A stretch of DNA of 61,928 bases, the filler included, from Basidiobolus meristosporus CBS 931.73 (lineage: Eukaryota; Fungi; Basidiobolomycota), in the NCBI GenBank assembly GCA_002104905.1. It is 2 parts of 2 records of this genome, joined end to end, with 100 filler letters (N's around TTAATTAATTAA, not from the genome) between each part and the next. Parts side by side here need not be neighbours in the genome. Positions count along the whole stretch, not along the records: positions 1 to 31,184 come from MCFE01000839.1; 1 more part is not named here. One strand, given 5' to 3'. Below, one piece after another: positions 1 through 12,580 of the stretch (its first letter is position 1; the number at the start of each line of letters is the position of its first letter). The position numbers were made by a program, and so were the translations under genes. The notes below the pieces were generated by a model. The model searched no databases. It was not told the origin of the DNA and saw nothing but the letters and a program-made list of their open reading frames with translations.

Positions 1-147
1 ATGGTTTTTTTCTCTTCTCTTACGGCATTGTGTCAAAGTAGTTTTGTCCAAGGGGCAAACAGTTTGACCTTCGACAACATAAAGCTATTTTGTCACTTTT
101 TGGTCAATACTCATGTGAAGTTAAGACAGTCCTGTATTTGTGACATT
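1..147 (+). repeat. Upstream (promoter-side) fragment of the orphan-gene repeat element
   Basis: About 25-147 is the reverse complement (~85% identity by eye) of 22409-22534, the region upstream of the orphan gene at 22282. Confidence 0.75.
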
Positions 148-171
148 AGACTTGTTCTGTTGAATAGTGCC
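148..171 (+). repeat. Left TIR of DNA transposon
   Basis: Pairs with 2907-2930 and matches both MITE ends (4298 and 5010). Confidence 0.8.
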
Positions 172-302
172 ACATAGTGCCAGATCAATCTGGCACCATC
201 TGGCACTATAATTCCACCATCATGCCAGTGGTAGGCTATAGTTAATGGTGATTTTACTCAGTCTTACATATATTGCTCAGAGTAGTGCTTTCCTTGCTTT
301 AT

Positions 303-1185
303 TTACTCTTCATAATGCTCCAGACACATTTCTCTCAGTGGATGTCTTCTTGTATGAATATACTGTGCATTGATAAGTATCTTAACTATTTTACCTATTC
401 TACTGTTTTTTCCTATATCTGACTTTCCTCTATATATACCTGCCAGTATGCTGAATCTTTTCAGAAATCCAAGTGTATGCTCTACCCTCACTCGGAAATG
501 ATTAAATATCTCATTGAAGAGCTTCTGCTTCCTGCTAAGCACACCATCCCTTGGCTTCCTATAAGCTGTAATACATCCTAATCTCTGACAATCCTTTCCT
601 ATATAAGCTAAGTCTGCCATACATTTCTCCCCTCTACTGAATTCTGGATGATTCTCTTCCCAGAGTGCTTTGTCATGCCTACTTCCAGCAAATGGCCCAC
701 TAAACCGGTTGATGTTACCCCAATGACCAACAGTGCTTGAAACTTCACACAGTATGCCTTGTACTTGCCAGAATAAAGGTTCCTCTGCCCTCTAGAAGGT
801 CTGCTAATCCTGACTGGGAGGTATCCCAAATACTCCTTATATGGAACCTGTAACTGAACACTCTGGGATATGGAAGTCTATTGGAGCTTCTAAACCTAGT
901 ACTCCAAGCTTGCTCTAAGTCATTCATACCCTCTGCAAGGTGGTTCTCCATTGCTGTCAGCTGGGAATGAAAGCTTCTAGGACTTTTGTTGCCATGTATG
1001 GTGGGATGAAACCTTGTAGGGCAATAGTTCCTGTAATAGCAGAGAAGCTTAACAATGGATCTCCTTGAGTAGATTGGGGTAGATGGACCACAGTACTTGG
1101 TAAAGATCTCCTCTAGTGTGTCAAAAGGAAATCCAGTGGTAGTGATGGGATTGATGAGAGAAGACCATTCAGATGAGTAAGTCAT
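303..1185 (-). pseudogene. Frameshifted DDE_Tnp_4 (IS5/PIF-Harbinger-like) transposase
   Basis: Motifs RISRP..QRNLYSGKYKAYCVKFQ, ADLAYIG and KLFNEIFNHFRVRVEHTLGFLKRFSIL spread over three frames; probable ATG at 1185. Confidence 0.85.
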
Positions 1186-1543
1186 AATAAAATTGGTAAG
1201 GATTGGGCTGAGATGATTTGGTTTGACTTGGCGCAATCAGCTTTATTTATCTGATATTCCATGCATTATGATTAAATCTCCTTCAATTACCATGTATTGC
1301 ATCTTTATGTTGCAAACATCATCCTCAAACAATGACTGGGTATTTTTATTGATGTTTTAGACACAAGTCTATAATCAAATAGGAAATTGTCAATTGATAT
1401 GATCTGATCTGTGTCAATGCAATCCAAGATGCATCATGCATAATATATGAAAAATTCAACAATCAAATTAGTTTTCATATATATTTCATATAAGACCAGG
1501 TTGATGCCAATACACCACTGTATAAGTATCCAAATCCATCACT

Positions 1544-2170
1544 ATGGTCCCTATACCAAGTCTCAACTCATCATTAGTTCAACCTAGACAAAACCCATCC
1601 CCCAGCTCACAAGCACAGTCTGGACCAGAAAAGGCAATGTTGGATCCGTTGGAGTTTTTGCCAAATGATCTCAGTATGGCCCAAGTGTCTATGATGAGCC
1701 TTCATACAGATATTTGGGCACTGCTCATTAATCTAGCAGAACTAGTTACCTTGGAGAGTCAACAGAGATGGAAGAACCTGATTAGAAAGCTGTGGCATGA
1801 GTTTTACATCAAGATCTCAGTGGATGTATGTAAGAAGATACATAACAAGACAAGTATTGAAATCAAGAATGAGCTGAGAGTGAGGGGATGTGATGAGGAA
1901 GCTGCACAGGAATGATTTTGCGCGCAATTTACACAGTACAGAGCGGACATGTCCGTTTGTGCCTTGACTTTGGGAACCAAAGAGATTTTGAACAAGTTTT
2001 TGCCTCAAATGACAAATGTATTATGTGATATATTAGTAGAGCTAAGTGACTTCCAAGAGCAATATACACAGGCCTCATCCAGGCAACAGTTGCAAATTAT
2101 TAGACAGAGGGTAAGTGAATACCTTGAGGAATCACTACCAACTGCTTCAGTAGTTATCCCTGTGAGATAA
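1544..2170 (+). pseudogene. Second (accessory) ORF of the DNA transposon, ~208 codons, unknown function
   Basis: ORFs 1544-1915 and 1949-2170 are in one frame, separated by a single TGA (1913-1915); divergent from the transposase and inside the TIRs. Confidence 0.55.
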
Positions 2171-2906
2171 AAGCCTAGGAGAAGATAATGCAATTGCATT
2201 CAATTGCTATGATTTGTAATGATCCAAACAACACATTTTTTTTGCGATCTGCATTGAAATGTCGCAAATCAGTGATCACTAAATTTTTGATATAAGCAAT
2301 ATTAAGGTTGTCTCACATTTGAGACAGGACCCCTATAAATAAACACCCTGCATACAAATACATCATCTGTGGCACCAGTGCAGCCATTTGATCCAATTTG
2401 CACACATACAATTGGTTGCGTGCTAGCTATGACACCTTGTTAATCACTAGGATCAGGAATTTACTTGCATTATGGGCAAAATGGAATATTTGATGGCAAA
2501 TCAGGTGGCTTGTGTATTGGTCAAAAAGCCAATTGGGGGCTGAGAGCTTCAGGATACTTTTGGACCAATTAACCACTGAGATACCATCCATTTGGAGTGA
2601 TGGTAATCAAAATGGTAAGTATCAGTGTAGTTTATAGTGTGATACGCATTTATTTCCATTGACACTAAAGAAACATATCCAAATACCAAATTTTACCTAC
2701 CATAATAGTGGTAACCAAATGCGCACATGATGCCAACCTTACAAGTGGGCGCAATCATTTGTGCTAACCTCACTGTGTAAGATTGTGCCATAGTGTGCAA
2801 GATTGTCCCACATGGTGCAAAATCATCCAAGAGCAATCCTGCCTACTGGTAGCTACAATATTGCGCCTGATTGTTCTTTGAGACTGCAGATTGAGCCGCA
2901 CACCCT

Positions 2907-2930
2907 GGCATTGTACAATGGAACAAGTCT
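2907..2930 (-). repeat. Right TIR of DNA transposon
   Basis: GGCATTGTACAATGGAACAAGTCT, reverse complement of the left TIR with 5 mismatches. Confidence 0.8.
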
Positions 2931-4297
2931 AGTGAGTTGCAATTGGATATTCTCTGATGATCCTAAAAGGTCCAGTCCATTGCTGGTTAAACTTCAACTG
3001 TCAATGATTCTGGTGATATAGTCTTATCAAATACCTGCTTCATCTTTTCTGCACTTTGAGATACTTTAGCCTGTGCCTCTTGATGTCTTTGTTCCAGCAG
3101 CTGGTGACTACTTGGCTGACTGAGTTCATCTACTGAGGTGTCTGTAAGCTTTGGTTGTGTGAGATCTCCTGGAATTCTTGGCTCCCATCTATAAACTTAG
3201 TAAAGTGGTGATTGTTGGGCAGTGTTGGGTACTCTAACTCTGAATGCAAAAAATGCTTGGTCTATATACTCATCCCATCTACTGACAGCTCCATTTGCAT
3301 ACTTGGACATCATTTTTCCAAATTATCCATTAAGTTGCTCAGTGATTCCATTAGATCTAGAGTGTTATGCCAAGGTTTTCAAGTGTCTCATGTGCTGCAT
3401 TTCCAGGTAGGCTTCCAATGTCTTTGCCATAACATTTGCTCCTTGATCAGATAGAATCTCTGCAGGGCATCCAAGCTTCATAAGGATCTTGTGGTAGATG
3501 AAACTTGCAACTTCTTGTTCACTGGCTACAGGTACTGCTTTAGCCACTGGCTATTTGGTGGCATGGTCAATTGCTACCAGAATCCAACTGTTGTGTTCCT
3601 TGTAGTTGGCAGTCTTCCAATAAAGTCAATTCCCCAGCTTTCAAATGATCTTACAGGCTCCAAGGGAAAGAGTTCAGCAATTCTTTGTGGTTGACCTTGG
3701 TTAATTTGGTAATTTGAGCTTGTTTTCACTAGCTTCTCAGTGTCTTGTTTCATTCTGGGGCACCATGCTTTGGCTTTCACAAGGCAATAGGTTCCTTCAA
3801 CTCCAAGATGTCCCTATCCATTGTGTAGCTTATGTATTAAATCCAGGCAAGCGCCATATGGGCAATAGGCAATAGGGCTTCCATCAACAATTTGGTAGAG
3901 TGTTTCATCCTGCACCACAAATTTGCTGGCTTCATTCTGAATGATCTTCTTGATATCTTCATCCACCTCATTAGAAGTGGCTTGGTCCTCCAAGTACTCT
4001 GGTAATAGGCTAGGTCAATCTGATTTATGCACTAAGTTGGATTGTGCTACTTCTACTAATCTTGATAAGGCCTCAGCAAACATGTTGTTTTTCTCAGGGC
4101 AGTAGACAATCTCCAAGTCAAATTACTGGGTGTATTTACTCCATCTTGTCAATCTTCTGGAGAGTACCTTCTTAGTGAATATATACTTGAGAGAGGTGTG
4201 ATCAGTCTTCACAGTGCATCGACTCCTTCAATATAGCATCTCCATGTCTTCAAGTAGTGTATTATAGCAAGCATCTCCTTCTCATGCACTGGATAGT

Positions 4298-5010
4298 AGA
4301 CTTGCTCCGTTGGATAGTGTCACATTAAGCCATAAGCGCCAAATGATGCCATAGTGTGCCAGGGGGACCTAGTGAACCTATACTTGGCCACAGAGTGTGA
4401 AACATTGCTCTACATCTTCATGCAGAGCCGCCCCTGTGTTTCACCCATTGTGTCGGAGAAAATCCATTTTTAAACCTTTTTTTTAGATCAATGTTGTACA
4501 GAATGTGTAAGAGCACAAAGGGATTGAAGACATGCATCAGGTACTCAATACCCATGGCACTCTGAATCTAGCTCCTGTGGCTTGTCTCATGTCAGAAAGA
4601 TGCATGGCACTATCTTGGTCCACTGTTACCATCTGGCACTATAAGTGCATTGTATAGATCTTACTTTAGGGCTAATATTTAAATATAGTGCCAGATGGTA
4701 ACAGTGGACCAAGATAGTGCCATGCATCTTTCTGACATGAGACAAGCCACAGGAGCTAGATTCAGAGTGCCATGGGTATTGAGTACCTGATGCATGTCTT
4801 CAATCCCTTTGTGCTCTTACGCATCCTGCACAACATTGACCTAAAAAAAAGGTTAAAAAATGGATTTTCTTATGCATCATAGGTGAAACACTGGGGCTGC
4901 TTTGCATGCAGATGCAGAGCTATGTTCCACACTTTGTGGCCAAGTATAGGCTCACTTGTCCTCTCTGGCACACTATGGCATCATTTGGTACTATCCAGCA
5001 GAACAAGTTT
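4298..5010. mobile_element. Foldback MITE (713 bp), non-autonomous partner of the 148-2930 transposon
   Basis: Whole-length inverted repeat with a 40-bp loop (4644-4683); inner arms 4507-4643 and 4684-4820 are perfect; AGT TSD at 4295-4297 and 5011-5013, whose removal restores Gypsy RNase H EQNYPVHEK. Confidence 0.92.
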
Positions 5011-7665
5011 AGTTTTGTTCTGTTGAGTTCAGTTTCTTGAATTCAAAGGCTACTGAGTAGTCCTTTCCCTTGTGTTCTTGGCTCAACACTCCACCAATTG
5101 CATAATCTAAAGCATCTGTGCACAGAGTAAACTCTTTTCTGAGGTCAGGTATTCTTAAGCTTGGCAGCTTAGCAGGTTCATTCTTGAGTGTTTGAAGGGC
5201 AGTGTCACAAGCTATGTCCTACTTGTAGGTATTGTCTTTTTTGAGGATATCAGTCAAAGGGGCTGCAATACTTGCAAAGGACTTGACAAATCTCCAATAA
5301 TAGGACACCACTCCAAGGAATGATCCGAGTTCTGATATGTTATGAGGCTGCTCAGATTCTTGATACCTTCAACCTTATTAGGGTCTAAGATCACTCCTGT
5401 GCTGGTCATTATGCGTCCCAGATATTCAATGTGCTCATTGAGTATTCACACTTGGGTAGCTTGCCATATAGCTTGCTCACTCTTAGCTTCTTGAAGACTT
5501 TTTCAACATGCACCAAGTGATCCTCTTGTGTCTTGCTATATATCAATATGGCATCTAGGTAGATTATCACAAACTTGTCTAAGTAATCCTGGAAGACAGT
5601 CTGCATCAGGGTCATAAATGTTGCAGGGGCATTGGTGAGCCCAAAACACATGACTAAGCACTTGTAATGTCCATATCTGGTCCTAAATGCTGTCTTAGGG
5701 ATGTCTTCTGGCTTCACCCTAATCTGGTTGTATCCTGACATGAGGTCAATCTTGCTGAATATAGTGCACCATTGAGTTGGTCCAAAAGCTCATCAATCCA
5801 AGCTGTGGGGTACTTATTCTTCACAGTAAGTGATTTGAGGGCTCTGTAGTCAATGCACATCCTAAGTGTTCCATCCTTCTACTTCACAAAAAGTACTGGT
5901 GCTCCTAAAGGTGACTTGCTGGGCCTTATATATCCTTGCTTCAATAACTGATCTATTTGTTTCTTCATCTGTTGCAACTCTAATGGACTCATTCTGTAAG
6001 GTGTCTTACCCACTGGAGGGCTATCTCCTGTGTCAATGGCATGATCCATGTCTCTGACTGGTGGTAGGCTTACAACTTCATCTGGAAATATGTCAGAGTA
6101 TTCCTTCAAAAGAATCTGGGCTCTCTGGGGTACTGGAGCAGAGGAATCCCCCTGTAATACCACCATGAGGAACATCTGGGTGCCTTTTCCATGTGCTCTA
6201 CAGAACTACATCTTGCCAAGTTCACTTGTTTCACACACACTGGAGTTGATTAAGTTGAAATCAAGTCTGCCAGGTAATAGCTCAAAGGTCTTATTGTCCT
6301 TCTGGATCTGAGTAGCATGGGCTCTCCAGTTGATTGATGGATTACAACAAAATAGGCAGGTTTTTCCAAGTACAAGGTCAAATTAGCAGTTCCCAAATAT
6401 ATAGGCCTGTAGGTCTTCTTCATAGTCATTCATTATCATCCTTACTGGCTGAGTAATATGTTTAATTATGTAAGAGTTACCATCAGGTGTTGGGACTGAA
6501 GTTGATTTGAGAGGTTCCAAGTTGATTCCAGCCTTCAAAGAAGATTGCTCTGACATGTACTCATGCAATGCTCCTGAGTCAATCATGATCTTGACAGGTA
6601 CTCCATTAATTACTCCATTCAGGTATAATAGCTTTCCTGAGTTTGAGGTCAACTGGGATAGGCATTTTTCTGTTGTATGGAAGGTGAGATCTGAGTCTTC
6701 TTCAATTTTATCCTCCATGTTACTATGCTCAACGGCTTCAATATAGCTTAAGGCTCTTGACGGATGGTGTCCATTTCTTCTCTGTGGGCAGTGCTTTGCA
6801 ATATGTCCCTGCTGGTGGCAATTAAAGCAAATTGCTTTCTTCTAACATTCTTCTGAGGTAAGATTCTTCTGCATAGCATTCATTTCCATTGATGCTGCTT
6901 CTGATTGTCTTCTTTCATAGTGATTGTTGCCTTTCTGGTTGGTCATTGTAGGCTTCACAACTCCAAAATAGCTGAATTATAGTCAATGACAATCTTGATG
7001 GCTTCTTCATTATTCTGAAGTCTTTGAAAATTGACTTCCTTGCAAGTTCTTTCTTTCAACCTATCAATAAAGTATCCAACTTGATCCAAGGAATTCATTT
7101 TTCAATTTGTCCAATTAGACATCTATATTCATGGGTGTACTCTTGAACCATTCCTCTCTGTCTGAGTGTCTTCATCTTTCATCTTAGTAGTGTCTGCTGG
7201 TTTGGAAGTTCAAAAGCATCCTGAATTTGCAACACAAACTCATCCCAGGTAGAGATTGTAGAGCATCCCATCATTGTGGCTGACCTGATCTTGTTATGGT
7301 ATTACTGTACAGCTACATCTGCCAGGTAAGAGGCTGCATAATGTAAATTGCTTTCTGGAGCAATTCCCTTAGCCTTGAAAGCTTCTTCAATCTGGAAGAG
7401 CCAAGTTCCCAGGATTTCATTGACTCTACCATAATAAATACTAAGATTGCTCTTGACAGGGTTTTGCTGGCTCTGAGCCATGGTAGTCATTCCTTGCTAC
7501 TGCCGGCTAAGGATCTGGAGTAACTGTTGTGGTTGGGCCAGAATTTGCTGCAAAGCATTCTTCCATTCTTGATTTTTGGATATCTTGAGGGAGCCTTCTT
7601 CTTTCTTTAGGACAGAGGTTTTGGGTTATTGCTGCTACCTATGTTACAAGTCTGGGTACAAGTGA

Positions 7666-8010
7666 TGTAGAGGAATAGTGAGTTTAACTAGTATTGTATT
7701 CACTAAAACTGGAACTGACTTTTATTGAGGTTCCAGCAGCTCCTCATGTACATTTTGCCAGATCAATTGCTGACTAATTGTATTTCCTAATGTAAGTTGT
7801 GGCTAATGGCTCATTTGATTGCATCATCATCACCCCATAAGATCCTATTTAATATATCTATTCCTGTCTGATTAGGATCTGCTGACTCATTTGCTGGCTG
7901 CTGCTATTGATTTGATAGATAACACCAATATACTGATGGGCTAAGCATATCCATAATTGACTTGACTAAAAACTAATCTAACTTTAACATTCAAGTAGTT
8001 GATTATAGCA
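7666..8010 (-). repeat. 5' LTR of G1 (345 bp)
   Basis: TG...CA ends; homologous to 9066-9364 and 14546-14890; lies upstream of gag. Confidence 0.8.
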
Positions 8011-8470
8011 CTGCAATTCCTAAAGAGCATTGCTCAGGACAGCACATTTGAATATTGCAAGGATTTATTGCAGAAGCTAGCAGAAATGGTGCTAGATCTT
8101 GCATTGCTAGCTGAAAACCAAGATGTATGGGAACCAGTGAATGAACAGTGGCAAAAGCCACAGGGTGCTTGCTGAAATCATGGAAAGAGGGCATTGCAGC
8201 AGCAATATTAGTTGAATGGTTGATTGTAATGGAGTACTTGTTAAGTGTGGAGTAGGGCTTAATGTTGATGTAGGGTTTAGAGACTTATGTAAGTCAGCAG
8301 AATTGTGAATTGAGGTAAAACTGAAGTTTCAATGCAAATAAATCACTCACCATGCATGAAAAGCAGAAAAATTGGCTGAGTCATGAAGTAGGGAGTGAGG
8401 AAAAGAAGGTATAGCCAATAAATGTTCAAAAAAATTGGAGGTGAGGCACAGTTAGTTTTGCAGAGTGCAT
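8011..8470 (+). pseudogene. 3' fragment of the orphan-gene repeat element
   Basis: Translates EYCKDLLQKLAEMVLDLALLAENQDVWEPVNEQW, matching EYCKDLLQRLADEELDLAVPAEDQDMWEPVNEQ at 20415-20530; 3' UTR also aligns to 20110-20380 (reverse complement). Confidence 0.8.
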
Positions 8471-8479
8471 GACTTGCTC

Positions 8480-10130
8480 AATGTAGCATCTACATTTCTT
8501 AGTTAGGGTTTTACAGCCAGCATATCCTTCTCATGCACTGGGTGAGGTTTGGCTGAGGTTAGATTAATGAGCTCAAAAGCAACTTGGTATTCCTTTCCTT
8601 CATGTTTTTGGGTCATTACTCTGCTAATTGAACAATCTGCAGTATCTGTGCACAAATTAAGCTCTTTTCTGAAATCTGGTATTCTTGAACTTGGCAGCTT
8701 AGCCAGTTCATTCCAGAGCATCTGAAAGACAATCTAACAGGCTATGTTCCACCTCTAGGTAGCGTTGCTTTTTAGGATATCAGTCCAAAGGACTGCAAAA
8801 AGTGGCAATAACATGACAAATCTTCAGTAATAGAACTCAATTCCAAGGATTAACCTGAGCTCTGATTTTCTATGGGGCTGCTTAGGATTCTTAGTGACTT
8901 CAACATTATTAGGCTTAAGAGAACTCTGATGCCAGGCACTATGTGTCCCAGATATTAAACAATTTCTCAGAAGTGCTCCCACTTTGCAAATCCTATATGT
9001 AGCTAATTCTCCCTTAGCTTCTTCAAGACCTTTTTGGCATGTGTTGCAAGTCTTGACTTAGGAGTTGTAGAGGAATAGGGAGTTTAGCTAGTAATGTATT
9101 CACAAAAACTGAACTCCTTTTTATTGAGGTTCCTGCAGGTCCTTATATCTATTTTTCCAGACCAATTGCTGACTAATTGTATTTCCCTATGTAGGTTGTG
9201 GCTGATGACTCTTTTGATTGCATCATCATCACCCAATATAATACTTAATATAGCTATTTCTGTCTGATAAGGATCTGCTGGCCCATTTGCTGACTAATGC
9301 TACTAATTTGATAGACAACACTGATACTGAACTAACTCAAGCATTCAAGCAATAGATGGTAACACCTGCACCAAGTGGTCTTCTTGTGTCTTGCTCTATA
9401 TCAATATGTCATCTAGACAGTTTACCACAAAGGTGTCTAGGTATATATGGTAAATGGCACAAATCAAGGTCATGAATGTTGCAGGGGCATTAGTAAGGCT
9501 AAAACTCATGACCAAGTACTCATAGTGTCAATATCTGTTTCTGAGTGCATTCTTGAGGATATTGCCTGGTTTCACCCCAATCTGTTTGTATCCACACAAG
9601 TGGTCAATATTGCTTAAAATGGTGTCTTTGTTGAATTGGTACTAAAGCTCATCAATCTAGGCTATGGGGTACCAATTCTTCATAGTAACTGAGTGCACAG
9701 CTCTGTAACTTATGCACATCCTGAGTGTTTCATCCTTCATCATAAAAGCATGGGTGGGCCCCCAGGTAACTTACTAAGCCTGATATATCCTTGTAGCAGT
9801 AAATTGTCAATTTGTCTTCATCTCCCCTAATTCTGATGGACTCCTTCTTTAAGGTGTCTTGCTCACAGGGAGGTTATCCTCTGTGTCAATGACATGTTTA
9901 TCTTCTCTAGTTGATGGTTGATTCACAAGTTCAGTGGCAAACATATTTGAATAGTCCTTGGAAATATTCTGGACTCTTTGGGTAAGTGGGACAGAATAAG
10001 CACCTTGCAAAATATAGTAAGCCTAGGAATTATATGCTCAATATGAAGTAGAAGCTCTGCAAGATGATCAAACTTTGCAGCTTGAGAGTCAAGCAAACTG
10101 CTGCAATTTGAGAAGTGTTTGAGTAAGAGG
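8480..10130 (-). mobile_element. Ty3/Gypsy fragment G2 (RT-RNase H), same family as G1
   Basis: RNase H KEYQVAFE...HPVHEKDML and RT remnants parallel to 5050-6200. Confidence 0.85.
9066..9364 (-). repeat. G1-family LTR (internally deleted) inside the G2 RT
   Basis: Starts TGTAGAGGAATAG like 7666 and ends GGTAACA; no matching TSD. Confidence 0.75.
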
Positions 10131-10860
10131 GACTGACAAGAAATAGCAGTGGTGATGAGACAATTGTTTACTCATTAAGAAGCTCAGTATTGATACCTTT
10201 GTTGATACAGGCATATATTCATCTAAAGAAAATCAGCTTGCTGGCAGACCAAGACAAAGAAAAGTTGTAAATGTGAGAAGATAGTAGAATAGACAAAATA
10301 GTCAAAATACCTCTCAATGCACAGTATACTTCTATAGAAAGACACCAACTGATAGATATATGTCTGGAGCACTATAACAATGAACCCTAAGAAAAAATTG
10401 ACAAAAGGCCAGCAAAATATCTTCATAGTATCAGCTGAATTCCAAGTTTCTCAAAATTGACAACTCTCAATATCTCTGTTCTGAGCTGATGTGCAGGTAG
10501 GAAATCAAGTTCTGTAGGAGGAGACTAGGCAAACTAGCATCCTTACCAGATTCAGTAATTAGCTGCCCATTACTTCCATCAAAAGTTGGGTTTGAAATTT
10601 TGAACTCAAAACTCCAGCTGAATACCAGCAAAATACCACTAGAATACCAGCAGAATACCAGCTAAAAATCAGATGCATTCCAAGTTTGAGCCTCTTCATA
10701 GGGGAAATTAAGTAAGTAAAATTTGATTAATAGCAACTTAAGTCTAGTTGGGCATAAATATGATTAAATATATCCAACCTCAGGCTCATGGTAGAGATCT
10801 TTGTGACAGCTAATGCCATAAAGTGCCACACTAATCTAGCATTATAACCTAGCCAGCAAT

Positions 10861-12580
10861 ATGTGGCAATGTCTACCATATGAAATATTTTAGTGATGAT
10901 CCTATCAATAGACTTTCACAAATTCAAAGTCCAGGGAATAAGAGGTACTGGTCCCACAAGGACACCATGCAAACACAATAAAAAATAATTGTGCACAGAT
11001 TTCACAAAAAACTTGGTCAAAGTATTCATTGTAACAATTCAAAAGTGGCTTTTATTTGGTTCCCTGCAAATTTTCTCACTTTCTGATCCCACTCATGCTA
11101 TTGCCTCCTGCATTTGTGTGCATTGATTAGCTAATGTCTCTTTTGCACACTTACTTCCTGACTCAATCATTTCTCTTGCATACAAATTGACTTATTTCCA
11201 CTGAAACTTCAGTTATACCTCAATTGCCAATTATGTTGACCTATAGAAGTTCTATCCTAACCCTATCCTAAGCCAACATTGAGCCCAACCCTACACTCAA
11301 CCAGTAACTCCATAAAAATTCCCCTCTCAATAAGTGTTTCTGCTGTAATGCTCTTTTTCCATCACTTTGGCAGGCACACTACAGCCTTATGCCACTGCTC
11401 ATTCAGTGGTTTACATGTCAAGAATGGTGGACATGGAGTCTGTAGTAGACAAATTGCCTTTCTCTGCATATTCATCTACCTCACTGAAGTGTAGCTCAAC
11501 TGGCTGTGCTTCCAACTCTTACAAAAGCAGCTGATTGTTCAATGATAATTATTCCTGGCTATGATGGGACTTTGTCTGTTCCAGGTTGACAAAATTAATT
11601 GGCAAGAACACAACTTTTTTCTCACATTTCCCTGTCTCTGGCTTGGGTAGACTTTTTTCTGCTTACCTTTTAGCTTATCACTGTAAGGTCTTTCATTTCT
11701 ACATTGTCTGAGTGCTTCTTGTATTGAACTACATTTTCCCCTTGATAAATGCTGCTCTACTCTATCTGTTATGGCTTCCTTGTCCCGTTCTGCAATCTGC
11801 AGGCTACCTAACTCAGCTTTCCTGCTTGTGTCAAGCTCTCAGCTCATTATGTGACAGGCTCCTGAGGTAGCCACTGGCTGTTATCACTGCCAGAACCTTC
11901 ACTGCTATTTTCACTGAGTGTGTCTTGAGTGGACCTAAACTTTTCCTTGATTAATGTTGTGCTGGTGCATCTGTGTCTGCCTGCTTTTCACATATTGGCA
12001 CTCTTCCAGCTCCCTGATGTCTCTTTGACACTGGTTTGGAGCTTTTGGCCTTGCCTGTAATGGGCTCTTGAGCAAGCCTCTAGGTTTTAGCCACTGTGCC
12101 GTTGTTCTTCTGCATGTGATAGTTTCTGCTATCCTTGAGATACTTTCTCAGCATACCTATGCTGACAAAGAATCTATTTGCTTGTTTGAATCCAGGATAA
12201 TCCTGATAGAGTAAGTCAAGTACATTGTGCTTGGCCTTGCATTCCTAATGGTTCCATGGTATGCTGGCCTTAAGGTGTTGGCATGCTTGACTTCTAGCAG
12301 TGTCCTGAATATTAACCCACTGCTCATCATTGAACTCAACAGCTTAACAGATCTCCAATGTCTTTTGCTTTTTAGGATTTGGTATAAACACTACATTCTC
12401 TCACTCCCATGCTGTGATAGGCTTTCTGTAGGCTTTATCATTGGGCACTGTTGTTGTGCTTCAAGAACTGCATGTTGTTTCTCTACTGCTACATTGGGAA
12501 ACAGCTCAATTCTTAACTTTGGCATTGAGCTACTTGTGTTTCTTCTTTGTACCAAAGATACTGCTTTCTCTTCCTGGGAC
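10861..12580 (-). mobile_element. Older degenerate copy of the orphan-gene repeat element (5'-truncated)
   Basis: Continuous homology to ~19893-21800; almost CpG-free. Confidence 0.8.

Larger units (their letters stand above)
148..2930. mobile_element. Degenerate PHIS-superfamily (Pangu-like) cut-and-paste DNA transposon
   Basis: TIRs AGACTTGTTCTGTTGAATAGTGCC (148-171) and reverse complement of 2907-2930 (19/24 match); ANT flanks (ATT, AGT); DDE_Tnp_4-type transposase on minus strand plus a divergent second ORF; subterminal TGGCAC repeats. Confidence 0.8.
2934..8010 (-). mobile_element. Ty3/Gypsy LTR retrotransposon G1, degenerate, 3' end lost
   Basis: Minus-strand order gag (CCHC knuckle ~6780-6830), protease (MIDSGA), RT (KTAFRTRYGHY, IYLDAILIYS), RNase H (QNYPVHEKEML), integrase (WGIDFIGRLP, QWTGPF); many stops and frameshifts; 5' LTR 7666-8010. 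Confidence 0.9.

Noticed and set aside
7640-7665. Self-priming (Tf1-type) PBS for the G1 family
   Set aside because: No TGG tRNA PBS is seen, but complementarity to the LTR R region is at most ~7 nt and differs between copies
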